A DNA stretch of 64,000 nucleotides from Alphaproteobacteria bacterium (GCA_963422645.2 CAXXVO010000013.1:1-64000), one strand, 5' to 3'. Shown: positions 1 through 10,420, counted from the stretch's first letter. The notes: generated by a model not told the origin, from the sequence alone. Program-made: numbers and translations.

Positions 1-160
1 CCACGCCGCTCCCCTCGATGTCGCCGAGATATTCCTCGATCGCATAGTCGCGCCGGATCGGCTCGTAGGGGCCGAAGATGCGCGGCTGCATCGGGCCCAT
101 GAGCCACGGCAGGTCGCGCTGCCGCCAGATGTGGTGGTGAGCGTCGACAATCCGGTTCAT
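1..160 (-). CDS. Amidohydrolase_2 family protein, 5' part (runs off window)
   Basis: Manual translation from ATG at 160: MNRIVDAHHHIWRQRDLPWL..., DAHHH metal-binding motif. Confidence 0.8.
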   Translation of the reverse strand, partial: MNRIVDAHHHIWRQRDLPWLMGPMQPRIFGPYEPIRRDYAIEEYLGDIEGSGV

Positions 161-258
161 AACCTCATGGTGGCCCGAGACCGCCCCCAGTACCAGGGCG
201 GGGGAAGTGTATCGGGAGGCAGGTTGACGCCAGTCCTGGTCGCGCTTAGGTCACCCCC

Positions 259-516
259 ATGCGCATGGTCAACATCAGCCAAGCGAAGGCCCATTTGTCG
301 CGCCTTATCCGAGAGGCGGCCAGCGGGGAGGAGATTGTCATCACCAAGCGCAACCGGCCAGTGGCGCGTTTGGTCGCGCTGGAGTCCTCGACGCACCCGC
401 GCAAGCCCGGCGGCTGGGAAGGTAAGCTCTGGATGGCCGATGACTTTGACGCTCCGCTCCCAGAAGAGCTGGAGAAGGAAATCTACGGCGACGGCAGCGA
501 GCCGCCCTGTTCTTGA
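259..516 (+). CDS. Phd/YefM family type II antitoxin (orphan)
   Basis: VNISQAKAHLSRLI...GEEIVITKRNRPVARLV and C-terminal DDFDAPLP, typical of Phd/YefM antitoxins. Confidence 0.85.
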   Translation: MRMVNISQAKAHLSRLIREAASGEEIVITKRNRPVARLVALESSTHPRKPGGWEGKLWMADDFDAPLPEELEKEIYGDGSEPPCS

Positions 517-589
517 TGTCAGTGCGAGCCTTCGCAGGTATGACTGGCGGCCGATGGCCCACGCCCGGCAGACCAAGGAAAGTGAACCC

Positions 590-1342
590 ATGAACAGCAT
601 CGACCTGAACGGCCGCCGCGCCGTCGTGACCGGCGCAGCCCAGGGGCTCGGGCGCGCGATTGCCGAGCGGCTGCAGGCGTCGGGCGCATCCGTCTACGTC
701 TGGGATTTCGATGCCTCCGCCATGGCGGAGGCGCAGTCTGACTGGCCGGCGGGTGGCCCGGCCGGCTGTATCGAGGTCGATGTTTCGGACCCGGATGCGG
801 TGGAAGCGGCGCTGCGCGAGACGCAGGCGAGCGCCGGCGGCATCGATATCCTGGTCAAGAACGCAGGCATCTCCGGCCCCAACATGCCGACCTGGGAATA
901 CCCCGTCGACGACTGGCGCCGGGTGATCGACATCGACCTCAATGGCCCCTTCCTGGTGAGCCGCGCCGTGGTGCCGCTGATGAAGGACGCGGGCTGGGGC
1001 CGGGTCGTCAACATCGCCTCGGTGGCCGGCAAGGAGGGCAATCCCAACGCGGCCGCCTACAGCGCAGCGAAAGCGGGCCTCATCGCGCTCACCAAGAGCC
1101 TCGGCAAGGAGCTCGCCGGCTCCGGCGTTCTGGTGAACTGCGTGACGCCCGCCGCCGTGGAGACCCGCATCTTCGACCAGATGACCCAGACCCACATCGA
1201 CATGATGAAGTCGAAGATTCCGCTCGGCCGCTTCGGCCTGCCGAAGGAGATCGCCGCCATGGTCGCCTGGCTCTGCTCCGAGGACTGCTCGTTCTCCACC
1301 GGCGGCGTGTTCGACCTGTCCGGCGGCCGCGCGACGTATTGA
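590..1342 (+). CDS. SDR family oxidoreductase (FabG-like)
   Basis: TGAAQGLG Rossmann motif, NAG, YSAAK catalytic motif; ATG at 590 after AAGGA. Confidence 0.92.
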   Translation: MNSIDLNGRRAVVTGAAQGLGRAIAERLQASGASVYVWDFDASAMAEAQSDWPAGGPAGCIEVDVSDPDAVEAALRETQASAGGIDILVKNAGISGPNMPTWEYPVDDWRRVIDIDLNGPFLVSRAVVPLMKDAGWGRVVNIASVAGKEGNPNAAAYSAAKAGLIALTKSLGKELAGSGVLVNCVTPAAVETRIFDQMTQTHIDMMKSKIPLGRFGLPKEIAAMVAWLCSEDCSFSTGGVFDLSGGRATY

Positions 1343-1453
1343 TGTCGCGCGCGCCAGGCGTTGACGGGCGCGCGACGTATTGACCGGCCCCATCGCCGCC
1401 ACCAGACTCGCAGTGCCCGAGAAACCAGCGCGCCCAACGACGAGAGGGAGACC

Positions 1454-2218
1454 ATGAAGGAGCACGAAGAAGGCTATTCGATGCCGCTCGCGGCGCCGAC
1501 CTTCACGAAGCCGCCCTTCTACGCCACGCCCGACAGCAAGATCCTGATGATGGCCTACCGCGCCGACCCCGACGCGGTCGCGTTCGAGGTGCCGGAGCCG
1601 CTGGAGCCGGTCGAGCCCAACCTCGTGCTCGCCTGGCTCGGCGACATGGGCCAGCCGACCCACTCGGTCGAGCTTTATCACGAGTGCCTGACCGCCATCA
1701 TGGTCCGCTACGAGGAGTGGACCGGCTGGTACATCAACTACATCTGGGTCGACAACGACATGGCGCTCACCTTCGAGCGCGAGATCTACGGCTGGCCCGC
1801 CAACCTGTGCGACACCACGCCGCTCAAGTTCTACGGCAGCCAGGTGATCGCCCACTGCGACCGGGCCAGCGAATGCCTCATGCGGCTCAGCATGAACGTC
1901 ACCAGCCCGCCGCCGATCCGCCGCGCCGACAGCGCCATCGAGGACCGCTTCGCCGAGCTGGTCGACGCCGACTTCCTGCAGATCCGCAAGATCCCCAACC
2001 CCGAGGAAGGCGGCAAGCCGATCAAGCAGCTGCTCCTGATTCGGCCGGAGGACTTCGCGCTGCACGAGATCTGGACCGGCACCGGCCATCTGGAGCTCGG
2101 GCGCTCGGGCCTCTACCCGCATCTCCACAAGCTCGCGCCGGTGGAGATACTGGAGACCTGGTACCTCAAGGCCTCCTGGGTCGTGCCCTACCCCAAGGTG
2201 ATCTGGGACAATAGGTAG
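1454..2218 (+). CDS. Acetoacetate decarboxylase family protein
   Basis: SMPLAAP, VPEPLEP, YHEC, REIYGWP motifs of the ADC family; GAGGGAG RBS before ATG 1454. Confidence 0.75.
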   Translation: MKEHEEGYSMPLAAPTFTKPPFYATPDSKILMMAYRADPDAVAFEVPEPLEPVEPNLVLAWLGDMGQPTHSVELYHECLTAIMVRYEEWTGWYINYIWVDNDMALTFEREIYGWPANLCDTTPLKFYGSQVIAHCDRASECLMRLSMNVTSPPPIRRADSAIEDRFAELVDADFLQIRKIPNPEEGGKPIKQLLLIRPEDFALHEIWTGTGHLELGRSGLYPHLHKLAPVEILETWYLKASWVVPYPKVIWDNR

Positions 2219-2432
2219 TGTTCTGATCGAGAAGTTTGGCTGAATGTACGAAGTGTCCCCTCCCACGTCATGGCCGGACTAGTTCCGGCCATCCACGTGT
2301 TGGCACGGGACTCAACGGATCTGGCTGAGCGAGATGCCCGGAACGAGTCCGGGCATGACGAGAAGATTTGCAGGGTCGGGGAGACTGCATAGCCAACCCG
2401 AAATCATGCGAACTTCAGAATCAAGACGCTAG
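2216..2432. repeat. MITE-like element with imperfect terminal inverted repeats, enclosing a REP-like palindrome
   Basis: Left TAGTGTTCTGATCGAGAAGTT vs reverse complement of the right end TAGCGTCTTGATTCTGAAGTT; begins at the TAG stop of the upstream gene. Confidence 0.5.
2266..2360. repeat. Alphaproteobacterial REP-like palindromic repeat (CGTCATGGCCGG...CCGGGCATGACG)
   Basis: Two hairpins, ATGGCCGGActagtTCCGGCCAT and ATGCCCGGAacgagTCCGGGCAT, bounded by CGTCATG/CATGACG. Confidence 0.75.
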
Positions 2433-2577
2433 AGCGCGTCCGACTTTGACGGACGCGCGACAGGCCGCGACCGCGGCCCGCCGCGTTAGCGGCGCCCTCG
2501 CGGAGGCGGCGGCCGCAGGCCGACTGCCGTGAGCGACAAGACGCGAGAGCGTTTCCGCGTAAAGCGGATACGCTCTA
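2430..2577 (+). repeat. TAGAGCG...CGCTCTA MITE-like repeat, copy 1 (148 bp)
   Basis: Aligns in reverse complement with 39194-39340; each end is a 13-bp-arm palindrome with a 7-bp spacer. Confidence 0.85.
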
Positions 2578-2630
2578 AGTGCATCCGACATTGCCGGACG
2601 CACGATAGGCCGCGACTGCGGCCCGCCGCT
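2576..2630 (+). repeat. Degenerate tandem partial copy of the same repeat
   Basis: TAAGTGCATCCGACATTGCCGGACGCACGATAGGCCGCGACTGCGGCCCGCCGC parallels 2430-2485. Confidence 0.65.
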
Positions 2631-2683
2631 CCTGCTCACCTGCAAGGCCGCCCTGTCGCAAGCGAGGGCGCGGCGGCCGAGAC

Positions 2684-3010
2684 CTACTTGTATTCGACCA
2701 GCACTTCTCGATAGGGCGTCGTGCCGACGTTCTTGGCCTTGTGGCGGGCCGGGACGCGCACCCCCTTCCCCGGCTCGGACAGGACCTCGATCTCGTCGCC
2801 GTCCACCAGCAGCGAAAAGACCCCGCCGGTCGGCACGTCGATCGTGCCCAAGTCGTTCCCGTGCTCGTCGGTCACCTGCAAGGGCGCGCCCGAGATCGCG
2901 TACCACATGTAGCTGAGCTCATGCGTGTGCATGGGCGTTTCCTCGCCCGGAGCGAGCTCGAAGTTCCAGACGGCGACCTTGTCGTTCTCGAAGACCTTCT
3001 CGGTTCCCAC
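2684..3010 (-). CDS. Small cupin domain protein
   Basis: FENDKVAVWNFELAPGEETPMHTH...H...NVG...EVLVEYK cupin pattern. Confidence 0.8.
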   Translation of the reverse strand: MGTEKVFENDKVAVWNFELAPGEETPMHTHELSYMWYAISGAPLQVTDEHGNDLGTIDVPTGGVFSLLVDGDEIEVLSEPGKGVRVPARHKAKNVGTTPYREVLVEYK

Positions 3011-3189
3011 ACCGGCCGTTGGTCAATCCTCCCCATTGAGTCAGTTCCCGCCTTAGGAGCATAGCGACTTCTGCCCGTCAAGCGGCGCCCGGCCGGTCCC
3101 CTTCGCGGTGCCCGCTCCCGCCGCCAGCGTGACACGGCAGGCATTCCCTATAGACTTCGCCGCGCGAGGGCGCAGCGGGAAGGATTGCG

Positions 3190-4113
3190 ATGAAGGCAGC
3201 CTATTTCGAGCAGCACGGCGGGCCCGAGGTCATCCGCTACGGCGACCTGCCGGACCCGGAGGCCGGGCCGGACGAGATCGTCGTCGACATCCACGCTGCC
3301 AGCGTCAACGGCGCGGACTGCAAGGTGCTGTCGGGCCGCTACAGCCGGATCGCGGCGTTTCCCTACGTGCTCGGGCGCGATTTTTCGGGCGTGGTCGCGG
3401 CGCTTGGAGACGGCGTGGACGGGTTCGCGTCGGGCGATCCGGTGTTCGGCGTCTGCGAGGTGGGGCAGGAAGGCGCCTACGCCGAGAAGATCGCGATGAA
3501 GGCGGCGCTGGTCGCGCCGAAGCCCGACCACCTCTCCCATGTGGATGCCGCGGCGCTCGCGCTGATCGGTCTCACGGCGGTGATCTCGATCGAGGACACC
3601 CTGGCCCTGCAGCCGGGCGAGAGGATCCTGATCCAGGGCGGCGCCGGCGGAGTCGCCGGTTTCGCCATCCAGCTCGCCAAACACATCGGCGCCCATGTCA
3701 CCGCGACCTGCAGCGCCCGCAACAGCGACTATGTGCGCAGCCTCGGCGCGGACGAGGTGATCGACTACAACGCGCAGGACTTCGCTGAAGCTGTCTCGGA
3801 CTGCGATGCCGTGTTCGAGACCGTGGGCGGCGACGTGGCCCGGCGCTCCTTCGCCGTGCTCAAGCCAGGAGGCCGCGCGGCATTCATCGCCTCGGGCTCG
3901 ACCGCGCCGGAGTCCCCGCGCGACGACCTGACCGCGCTCCGCCCGAGGGTCGGGCGCGACCGCCCGCACCTGCTGCGCATACTCGAGCTGGTCGAGGCGG
4001 GCGCCGTCCGGGTGCCCGAGATTCGCACCTTCCCGCTGGAGGACGCCGCGTCCGCGCTCGCCACCAGCGCCTCCCGCCATCTCAGGGGCAAGCTGGTCCT
4101 GAGCATTCGCTGA
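3190..4113 (+). CDS. NADP-dependent oxidoreductase (MDR / quinone oxidoreductase-like)
   Basis: MKAAYFEQHGGPEV, AASVN, LGRDFSGVV, GGAGGVA, GKLVL. Confidence 0.9.
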   Translation: MKAAYFEQHGGPEVIRYGDLPDPEAGPDEIVVDIHAASVNGADCKVLSGRYSRIAAFPYVLGRDFSGVVAALGDGVDGFASGDPVFGVCEVGQEGAYAEKIAMKAALVAPKPDHLSHVDAAALALIGLTAVISIEDTLALQPGERILIQGGAGGVAGFAIQLAKHIGAHVTATCSARNSDYVRSLGADEVIDYNAQDFAEAVSDCDAVFETVGGDVARRSFAVLKPGGRAAFIASGSTAPESPRDDLTALRPRVGRDRPHLLRILELVEAGAVRVPEIRTFPLEDAASALATSASRHLRGKLVLSIR

Positions 4114-4245
4114 TATCCCTTTCCCGGGGCTCGATGATGTCCCTCTCGCGAGGGGCCCTATCGAGAGCAGGCAAGCGGAGGCGTTCGAGGACGGAAGGCA
4201 AGGGCGGAGGGCGGTCGCCCCGCCCTTCGAACGACGATCCGGGCG

Positions 4246-4980
4246 TCACTCTCGATTGCGCCGCCAGGACTCGAATGCGGCAAGCGTCGCCTCGTTTGGC
4301 GGATAGGTGCCGGGCACGGGCACGGGCGCGCCGTCCCGGACTCGCTCGACGATGAACTCCTCCATCAGCTCCTGCTCGCCCGCGCCGTGGGCCACGTCGT
4401 CGGCGATGCCGCGCGGAATGACGCACACACCGTCCGGATCCCCGACCAGCACGTCGCCGGGAAACACCGCGACCCCGCCGCAGGCGATCGGATCCTGCAC
4501 GGCGGCGGCGAAATGGGCGGCCAGGCTGGCGGGCGCGGCACTGCCGGTACAGTAGGTCGGAAACGCGATGGCGGCGACCGCCGCCGCATCGCGCATCGGG
4601 CCGTCGGCGACGAACGCCGCGACGCCGCGGACCTTGAGCCGGGTGATCAGGATGTCGCCCAGGGCACCGGCGCCCTGCTCTCCACGGCAGTCGCAGACCA
4701 GCACCTGGCCGGGCGGGCAGGCCTCGATGGCCTTGCGCTGAGGGTATTCCGGATCGGCCAGAACCTCGGGCGTGCAGAGGTCTTCCCGCATGGGAATGGT
4801 GCGCAGCGTGTAGGCCTCGGCCGCAAAGCGTGCGTGCTGCGGATTCAAGGGGCGGGAGCCCTGGATGAAGGCGTGGCGCAGACCGCGCTTGAGCAGCTGC
4901 ATGGTGACCGTGGCGACGCTCACGGCGCGCAATCGTTCCAGGGTCTCGTCGGCCAGCGGCCTCTCCGATGTCGTTGGCAT
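4246..4980 (-). CDS. RraA family protein (HMG/CHA aldolase-like)
   Basis: GALGDIL, DGPMRD, GGVAVFPGDVLVGDPDGVCVIP. Confidence 0.88.
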   Translation of the reverse strand: MPTTSERPLADETLERLRAVSVATVTMQLLKRGLRHAFIQGSRPLNPQHARFAAEAYTLRTIPMREDLCTPEVLADPEYPQRKAIEACPPGQVLVCDCRGEQGAGALGDILITRLKVRGVAAFVADGPMRDAAAVAAIAFPTYCTGSAAPASLAAHFAAAVQDPIACGGVAVFPGDVLVGDPDGVCVIPRGIADDVAHGAGEQELMEEFIVERVRDGAPVPVPGTYPPNEATLAAFESWRRNRE

Positions 4981-5134
4981 GCGCTTGCCTTGCCTTCCTG
5001 GATGGCCGACCGGCATTACCCGTGTCGAGCGCCCCTTCGGGGCAGATCATATTGCGGAATTGCTATTCAATGGCACGCTGTGCCGGTGCGAACCAGAGCG
5101 CCCGCTTGAACGGATGAGCGTGGAGACATAGAGC

Positions 5135-5563
5135 ATGCCCCTGCAAAACCTCAATCACTTCCTCGTGCTGACCAGGGATCTCGGAGCGACCCGCGACTTC
5201 TACGTCGATATCCTGGGTCTCGAGGATGGCTACCGGCCGCCCTTCGCGTTCGACGGCCACTGGATTTATCTGGGTGACCGCGCGGTGATCCACGTGGCCG
5301 AACTCGGGGACTATCTGAAGAGGCGCGATCGCGCGCACGACGCCTCCGAAGACGGCACCACCGGCTCGATCGATCACATCGCGTTCGAGGCCACCGGGCT
5401 CAAGGACATGATCGCGACGCTGGAGAAACACGGCATCGTCGCCAGCCATCGCAAGGTGCCCGACCTCGACCTGCACCAGGTCTTCGTCATCGACCCGAAC
5501 GGCATTCGTATCGAGCTGAACTACCCCGCCCTCGAGGGGGCGGCGGTGGACGCCTCCGAATAG
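5135..5563 (+). CDS. VOC / glyoxalase family protein
   Basis: LNHF...FYVDILGL, RPPFAFDGHW, IDHIAF, DPNGIRIELN. Confidence 0.9.
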   Translation: MPLQNLNHFLVLTRDLGATRDFYVDILGLEDGYRPPFAFDGHWIYLGDRAVIHVAELGDYLKRRDRAHDASEDGTTGSIDHIAFEATGLKDMIATLEKHGIVASHRKVPDLDLHQVFVIDPNGIRIELNYPALEGAAVDASE

Positions 5564-5606
5564 CCGGCCAAGCGCGGTTTGCTAAGGGCGGCAGCCCCTT
5601 CAGTCC

Positions 5607-5991
5607 CTAGACGACCACCGCAGCACCGCTTTCCGCGGGTCCCACATTGCTTCGGAAGGTGGCGAAGAGCTCGCGCCCGATGCCGCTGGCATTGGCGGAG
5701 AGATCGGCCTGGGCCGGCGTGCGCGCTGCGAACGCCGCCGGATCGACAAGCACGTCGAGCCGGCCCGCCGCGGCGTCGAGCCGGAGCATATCGCCGTCGC
5801 GCACCTGCGCGATCGCCCCGCCCGCCGCGGCCTCGGGCGTGACATGGATGGCCGCCGGCACCTTGCCCGACGCGCCGGACATGCGCCCGTCGGTGACCAG
5901 CGCCACGCGGAAGCCCTGGTCCTGCAGGGAACCCAGGACCGGCGTCAGCGCGTGCAGCTCGGGCATGCCGTTGGCCTGGGGGCCCTGGAAG
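5607..5991 (-). pseudogene. edd: Phosphogluconate dehydratase, C-terminal fragment; 5' part removed at the IS21 end
   Basis: [17 protein letters not shown]...[26 protein letters not shown] is the Edd C-terminus; it abuts the IS21 IR at 5992. Confidence 0.9.
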
Positions 5992-6110
5992 TGTTGTTAA
6001 GCGTGGAAAAGTGACCCCCTATTGGGGGTGATCGGCGTCCAAAATTGACCCCCTTGGATTTGTGTCCATGAACACACCTCGTCGTTTGGACGGACGGGGT
6101 GGTGGGGGAG

Positions 6111-7624
6111 ATGCTGGTTGTGGAAACGATCGCGAAGATCCGTCGGGATCATCTGGTGAAGGGCGTTCCGATCAAGAAGCTCGCCCGGGATTTGAGGGTT
6201 TCCAAGAACACGATACGCAAGGTGGTGCGGGGCGATGCGACCTCGCACAGCTACGAGCGCAAGATCCAGCCGATGCCGAAGCTTGGGCTGTGGGTGGAGG
6301 AGCTTGAGCGCCAGCTGAAGGCCAACGAGAAGAAGGCACGCAAGGATCGGCTGTCTCTTCTGCGGATTCATGAAGACCTTGTGTCGCTGGGCTACAAGGG
6401 CGGCTATGACGCGGTTCGCCGCTATGCCAGGGCCTGGCGGCGCCGGTGGCGGCTGTTGTCGCCGGCGCAGGCCTATGTGCCGCTGATCTTCGATCCCGGC
6501 GAGGCTACCAGTTCGACTGGAGCCACGAGTACGCGCGTCTGTCGGGCGCGACGACCAGGGTGAAGGCGGCGCACATGCGGCTGTGCCACAGCCGGATGTA
6601 TCTGGTCCAGATCTTTCCCCGCGAGAGCCAGGAGATGGTCTTCGAGGCGCACGAGCGTGCCTTCCGCTTCTTCGGCGGGGTCTGCCGGCGGGGCATCTAC
6701 GACAACATGAAGACGGCGGTGAGCACGATCTTCGTGGGCAAGAAGCGGGACTACAACCGCCGCTTCCAGGAGCTGTGCTCGCACCATCTGGTGGAGCCTG
6801 TGGCGTGCACGCCAGGGGCTGGCTGGGAGAAGGGGCAGGTCGAGAAGCAGGTGGGTGACCTTCGCGGCCGCCTGTTCGTGCCCATCCCGCGGGGCCGCTC
6901 CTACGCCGAGATCAACGAGTGGCTGATGGATCGGTGCATCGAGGACGCCAAGAAGCATCCGCATCCGACAATCCCGGGCAAGACGGTGTGGCAGGTGTTC
7001 GAGGAGGAGCAGCCCTTCCTGATGGCGTATCGCGGCCCCTTCGACGGCTTCCATGCCAGCGAGGTGTCGGTCTCGAAGACCTGTCTGGTGCGCTTCGACA
7101 ACAACCAGTACAGCGTCGCGGCCCGCGCCGTCGGCCGGCCGGTGGACGTGCGGGCCTATGCCGATCGGATCGTCATCCGCCAGGACGGCGAGACCGTTGC
7201 CGAGCACCCCCGCAGCTTCGGGCGCGGCCGGTTCGTCTACGATCCGTGGCATTACGTGCCGATCCTGACGCGGAAGCCCGGCGCGCTACGCAATGGCGCG
7301 CCCTTCAAGGACTGGCAGTTGCCCAACGCGCTCGGCCGCCTGCGAACCCGGCTCGCGGGCCACGACGACGGCGACCGGCAGTTCGTCAAGGTGCTCGCGG
7401 CGGTGCTGGAGGACGGACTGGAGGCGGTTGAGGCGGCCTGTGCCGAGACGCTCGACTGCGGTGCCTGCAGCGCCGACGTGGTGCTCAACATCCTCGCCCG
7501 GCAGCGCCAGCCGGCACCGCCGGCAATCATCCCGACGCCCGAGGGCCTGCAGCTTCGCCACAAGCCGGTAGCCGACTGTCAGCGCTACGACAGCCTGAGG
7601 GAGGCCGGTCATGGAGCGTCATGA
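6111..7624 (+). pseudogene. istA: IS21 transposase IstA, frameshifted near 6505
   Basis: HTH N-terminus in one frame, YQFDW...YDNMKTAV...EKGQVE in the next; GAGGCTACCAG lacks one base of the GEAYQ coding. Confidence 0.88.
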
Positions 7625-8339
7625 TGTGCTGGAGATGATGACCCAGCTGAAGCTCGCAGGTATGCGCGCCGCTTACGACGACATCCTTGCCGACGGGCTC
7701 AAGCGCCGCCATCCGGTGCAACAGATCATCGGTACGCTGCTGCAGGTCGAGATCGCCGACAAGAGGGCCCGCTCGATCAAGTACCAGATGGCCTCCGCCA
7801 AGCTGCCGACGGTCAAGGAGCTGGCCGACTTCGACTTCGCCGCCTCGCCGGTCAACGAGCCCCTGATCCAGGAGCTCGCCGGCGGCGGCTTCCTCGAGGG
7901 CAAACGCAACATCGTGCTGGTCGGCGGCACCGGTACCGGCAAGACCCATCTCGCCGTCGCCATCGCGCGGTCCTGCATCCGCAAGGGCGCGCGCGGCCGG
8001 TGCTACAACGTCGTCGACCTGGTCAACCTCCTCGAGGCCGAGCTTCGCGCCGGACGCCAGGGCCGCACTGCAGACCAGCTCGTCCGCCGCGACTTCGTCA
8101 TCCTCGACGAGCTCGGCTACCTGCCCTTCGCCCAGGCCGGTGGGCAGCTGCTCTTCCATCTGATGAGCCGGCTCTACGAGCGCACCTCGATCGTCATCAC
8201 CACAAACCTCGCCTTCGGCGAATGGCCATCCGTCTTCGGCGACCCCAAGATGACCACAGCGCTGCTCGATCGCCTCACCCATCATTGCGAGATCATCGAG
8301 ACCGGCAACGAGAGCTGGCGCTTCAAGAACCGCTCCTGA
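7611..8339 (+). CDS. istB: IS21 helper ATPase IstB
   Basis: GGTGTGKT Walker [29 protein letters not shown]. Confidence 0.95.
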   Translation: MERHDVLEMMTQLKLAGMRAAYDDILADGLKRRHPVQQIIGTLLQVEIADKRARSIKYQMASAKLPTVKELADFDFAASPVNEPLIQELAGGGFLEGKRNIVLVGGTGTGKTHLAVAIARSCIRKGARGRCYNVVDLVNLLEAELRAGRQGRTADQLVRRDFVILDELGYLPFAQAGGQLLFHLMSRLYERTSIVITTNLAFGEWPSVFGDPKMTTALLDRLTHHCEIIETGNESWRFKNRS

Positions 8340-8644
8340 CCCGCCGCCGGCCTCCCTTGCGGCCCGGTTGCCCCGGTGGGCCAACAGGGACCCCCCACGC
8401 GGCTTCGCTCCGCGTAGCGCAGGGCGCCACACGAAGCCGCGCGGGTCCCCCCTATTGGCTACCGGGACAACCTCCGCCGTGCCACTCAGGGGGGTCAATT
8501 TTGCACGCCGATCGGGGGTCAGTATTGAAAGCCGATTGACAATCAGCAGAGGTCAGGAAGTCTGAGTATAGGCTCTGTACCCATAAAATAATTACCGGAG
8601 AGAGCGAATTTTGATTCAGGCTCCCAAAGTGTGGGAGCCCATCG

Positions 8645-8965
8645 ATGAACCGCTACGACCTGACCGACTTCGAATGGAGCGTGATCGAACCGTTGCTGCC
8701 GAACAAGCCGCGCGGGGTCCCTCGTGTGGACGACCGGCGCGTGCTCAACGGCATCATGTGGGTGCTGCGCTCCGGCGCCCCCTGGCGAGACCTGCCGGAG
8801 CGCTACGGGCCCGACACCACCTGTTACAACCGCTTCAATCGCTGGCGCAAGAAGGGCATCCGGGATCGCCTTATGGACGCTATCGTCGAGGCTTGCGACG
8901 GCGACATACAGATGATCGGCAGTTCTAGCGTCCGGGTTCACCAGCACGCAGCGGGTTCAAAAAGA
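8645..8965 (+). pseudogene. IS5 transposase OrfA (DUF4096-type), cut by IS110
   Basis: RYDLTDFEW...VLNGIMWVLRSGAPWRDLPERYG...YNRFNRW. Confidence 0.9.
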
Positions 8966-9079
8966 TGGGGTATTCGGGTTGGCTTTTGAGCCTGCCACCT
9001 GAGGTGGCTGCTCCTCCGGCCTTATCGTTGAAAAGAGGTCCTCACGAGTCGGCCTCAGCCAGAAGGAGGAGGAGCAGCC

Positions 9080-10123
9080 ATGAAGCATTTTGCCGGACTC
9101 GACGTCTCGTTGGAATGGACAAGCCTGTGCGTAGTAGACGAAGTCGGGCAGATTGTCCGGGAAGCGAAAGTCCTGAGCGAACCCGATGCGCTGGTAGCGT
9201 TCTTCGCCGAGTTGGACGTTCGGGTGACGCGTATCTGTCTCGAGGCGGGCCCGCTGTCGCAGTGGCTTCATGACGGCCTCGCTGAGGCCGGCTTGCCGGT
9301 GGTGTGCGCGGAGACCCGCCAGCTGAAGGCCGTGCTGTCGGCGACAGTGAACAAGAGCGACCGCAGCGATGCGCGCGGGATCGCGCAGATGCTGAGGGTG
9401 AACATGATTCGGCCGGTCCACGTGAAGACGGTGTCGAGTCAGGAAAAGCGAATGCTGCTGACGAACCGCAAGTTCATGCTGAAGCAACTGTGCGACGCCG
9501 AGTCCCACATCCGCGGCACGCTACGCAACTTCGGGTTGAAGGTCGGCCAGGTCAGCCGTGGTCGGTTCGAGACGCGAATCCGCGAACTGGTCGAGGATCG
9601 GGCGGCGCTGACATGTCTGGTGCAGCCGCTGCTGCGTGCACGGGCAGAACTGCTGACAGCCTTCAACGAGCTGCACAGCATGATGCTTCATCAGGTGCGG
9701 GCCGATCCGGTCTGCCGCCGTTTGATGACAATCCCTGGTGTCGGTCCGGTGACGGCGTTGACCTTCCGGGCCACCGTCGATGTTCCGGCGCGCTTCGGCC
9801 GTTCTCGCTCGGTAGGTGCCCACTTCGGTCTGACGCCACGCAAATGGCAATCCGGGGAGATCGATCACATGGGTCGGATCTCCAAATGCGGCGATGCGAT
9901 GATGCGAACGGCACTCTACGACGCCGCCCACAGTATGCTCACACGAACGACGCGGTGGTCGTGGTTGAAGGCGTGGGCCATGCAAGTGGCAAAACGCCGT
10001 GGCCAGGAGCGGGCGAAGATTGCGCTCGCTCGCCGCCTCGGCGTGATCATGCACCGCATGTGGATGGATGGCAGCGAGTTCCGGTGGAACCGCGGCAGCG
10101 CAGACGCTGCGGCCGCCGCCTGA
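9080..10123 (+). CDS. IS110 family DEDD transposase/recombinase (intact)
   Basis: AGLDVS, CLEAG, NKSDRSDARGIA, IPGVG, FGLTPRKWQSGE (catalytic Ser), GRISKCG, ALARRL. Confidence 0.96.
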   Translation: MKHFAGLDVSLEWTSLCVVDEVGQIVREAKVLSEPDALVAFFAELDVRVTRICLEAGPLSQWLHDGLAEAGLPVVCAETRQLKAVLSATVNKSDRSDARGIAQMLRVNMIRPVHVKTVSSQEKRMLLTNRKFMLKQLCDAESHIRGTLRNFGLKVGQVSRGRFETRIRELVEDRAALTCLVQPLLRARAELLTAFNELHSMMLHQVRADPVCRRLMTIPGVGPVTALTFRATVDVPARFGRSRSVGAHFGLTPRKWQSGEIDHMGRISKCGDAMMRTALYDAAHSMLTRTTRWSWLKAWAMQVAKRRGQERAKIALARRLGVIMHRMWMDGSEFRWNRGSADAAAAA

Positions 10124-10169
10124 GAGCACACGGTAACGGGAAGGAAAAGTCGAGAGCTTCCGCTCTGGC

Positions 10170-10355
10170 GGAGGATGTCCCCGTGGGGACGAAGGATGAG
10201 GTGAGACCGTGGCCCCCCAAGCCCCAATCCGTCGACGACGGGGTGAGGGCGTCAAAAAGATTGTTCCGCCTCGTCTTCTGATCCCATCTTGTTGACGGCT
10301 TCGGATACAGGGCCGATCACGAAGAGAAGCACGACCCCCACGGTGGGATATCTGC
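10170..10355 (+). ncRNA. Predicted bridge RNA / seekRNA of the IS1111-type element
   Basis: Enclosing stem GATGTCCCCGTGGGG / CCCCACGGTGGGATATC; segments GGCCCCCC and TCAAAAAGA match the target, CCCATCT and AGAGA match the donor junction. Boundaries approximate. Confidence 0.75.
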
Positions 10356-10420
10356 AGCCAAACGCGGTAGAGAGGAGGAAGAGCCGGAGGAGTCCTTGAC
10401 TGAGACAACCCGAATAGAGA

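Larger units (their letters stand above)
5992..8541 (+). mobile_element. IS21 family insertion sequence
   Basis: TGT...ACA ends with repeated TGACCCC motifs; istA and istB genes; no matching target duplication. Confidence 0.92.
8966..10420 (+). mobile_element. IS110 family, IS1111 subgroup element
   Basis: Perfect sub-terminal IRs TATTCGGGTTG (8971-8981) / CAACCCGAATA (10406-10416); AGA at both junctions; long 3' non-coding region; outward-facing TTGACT at 10396. Confidence 0.9.
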
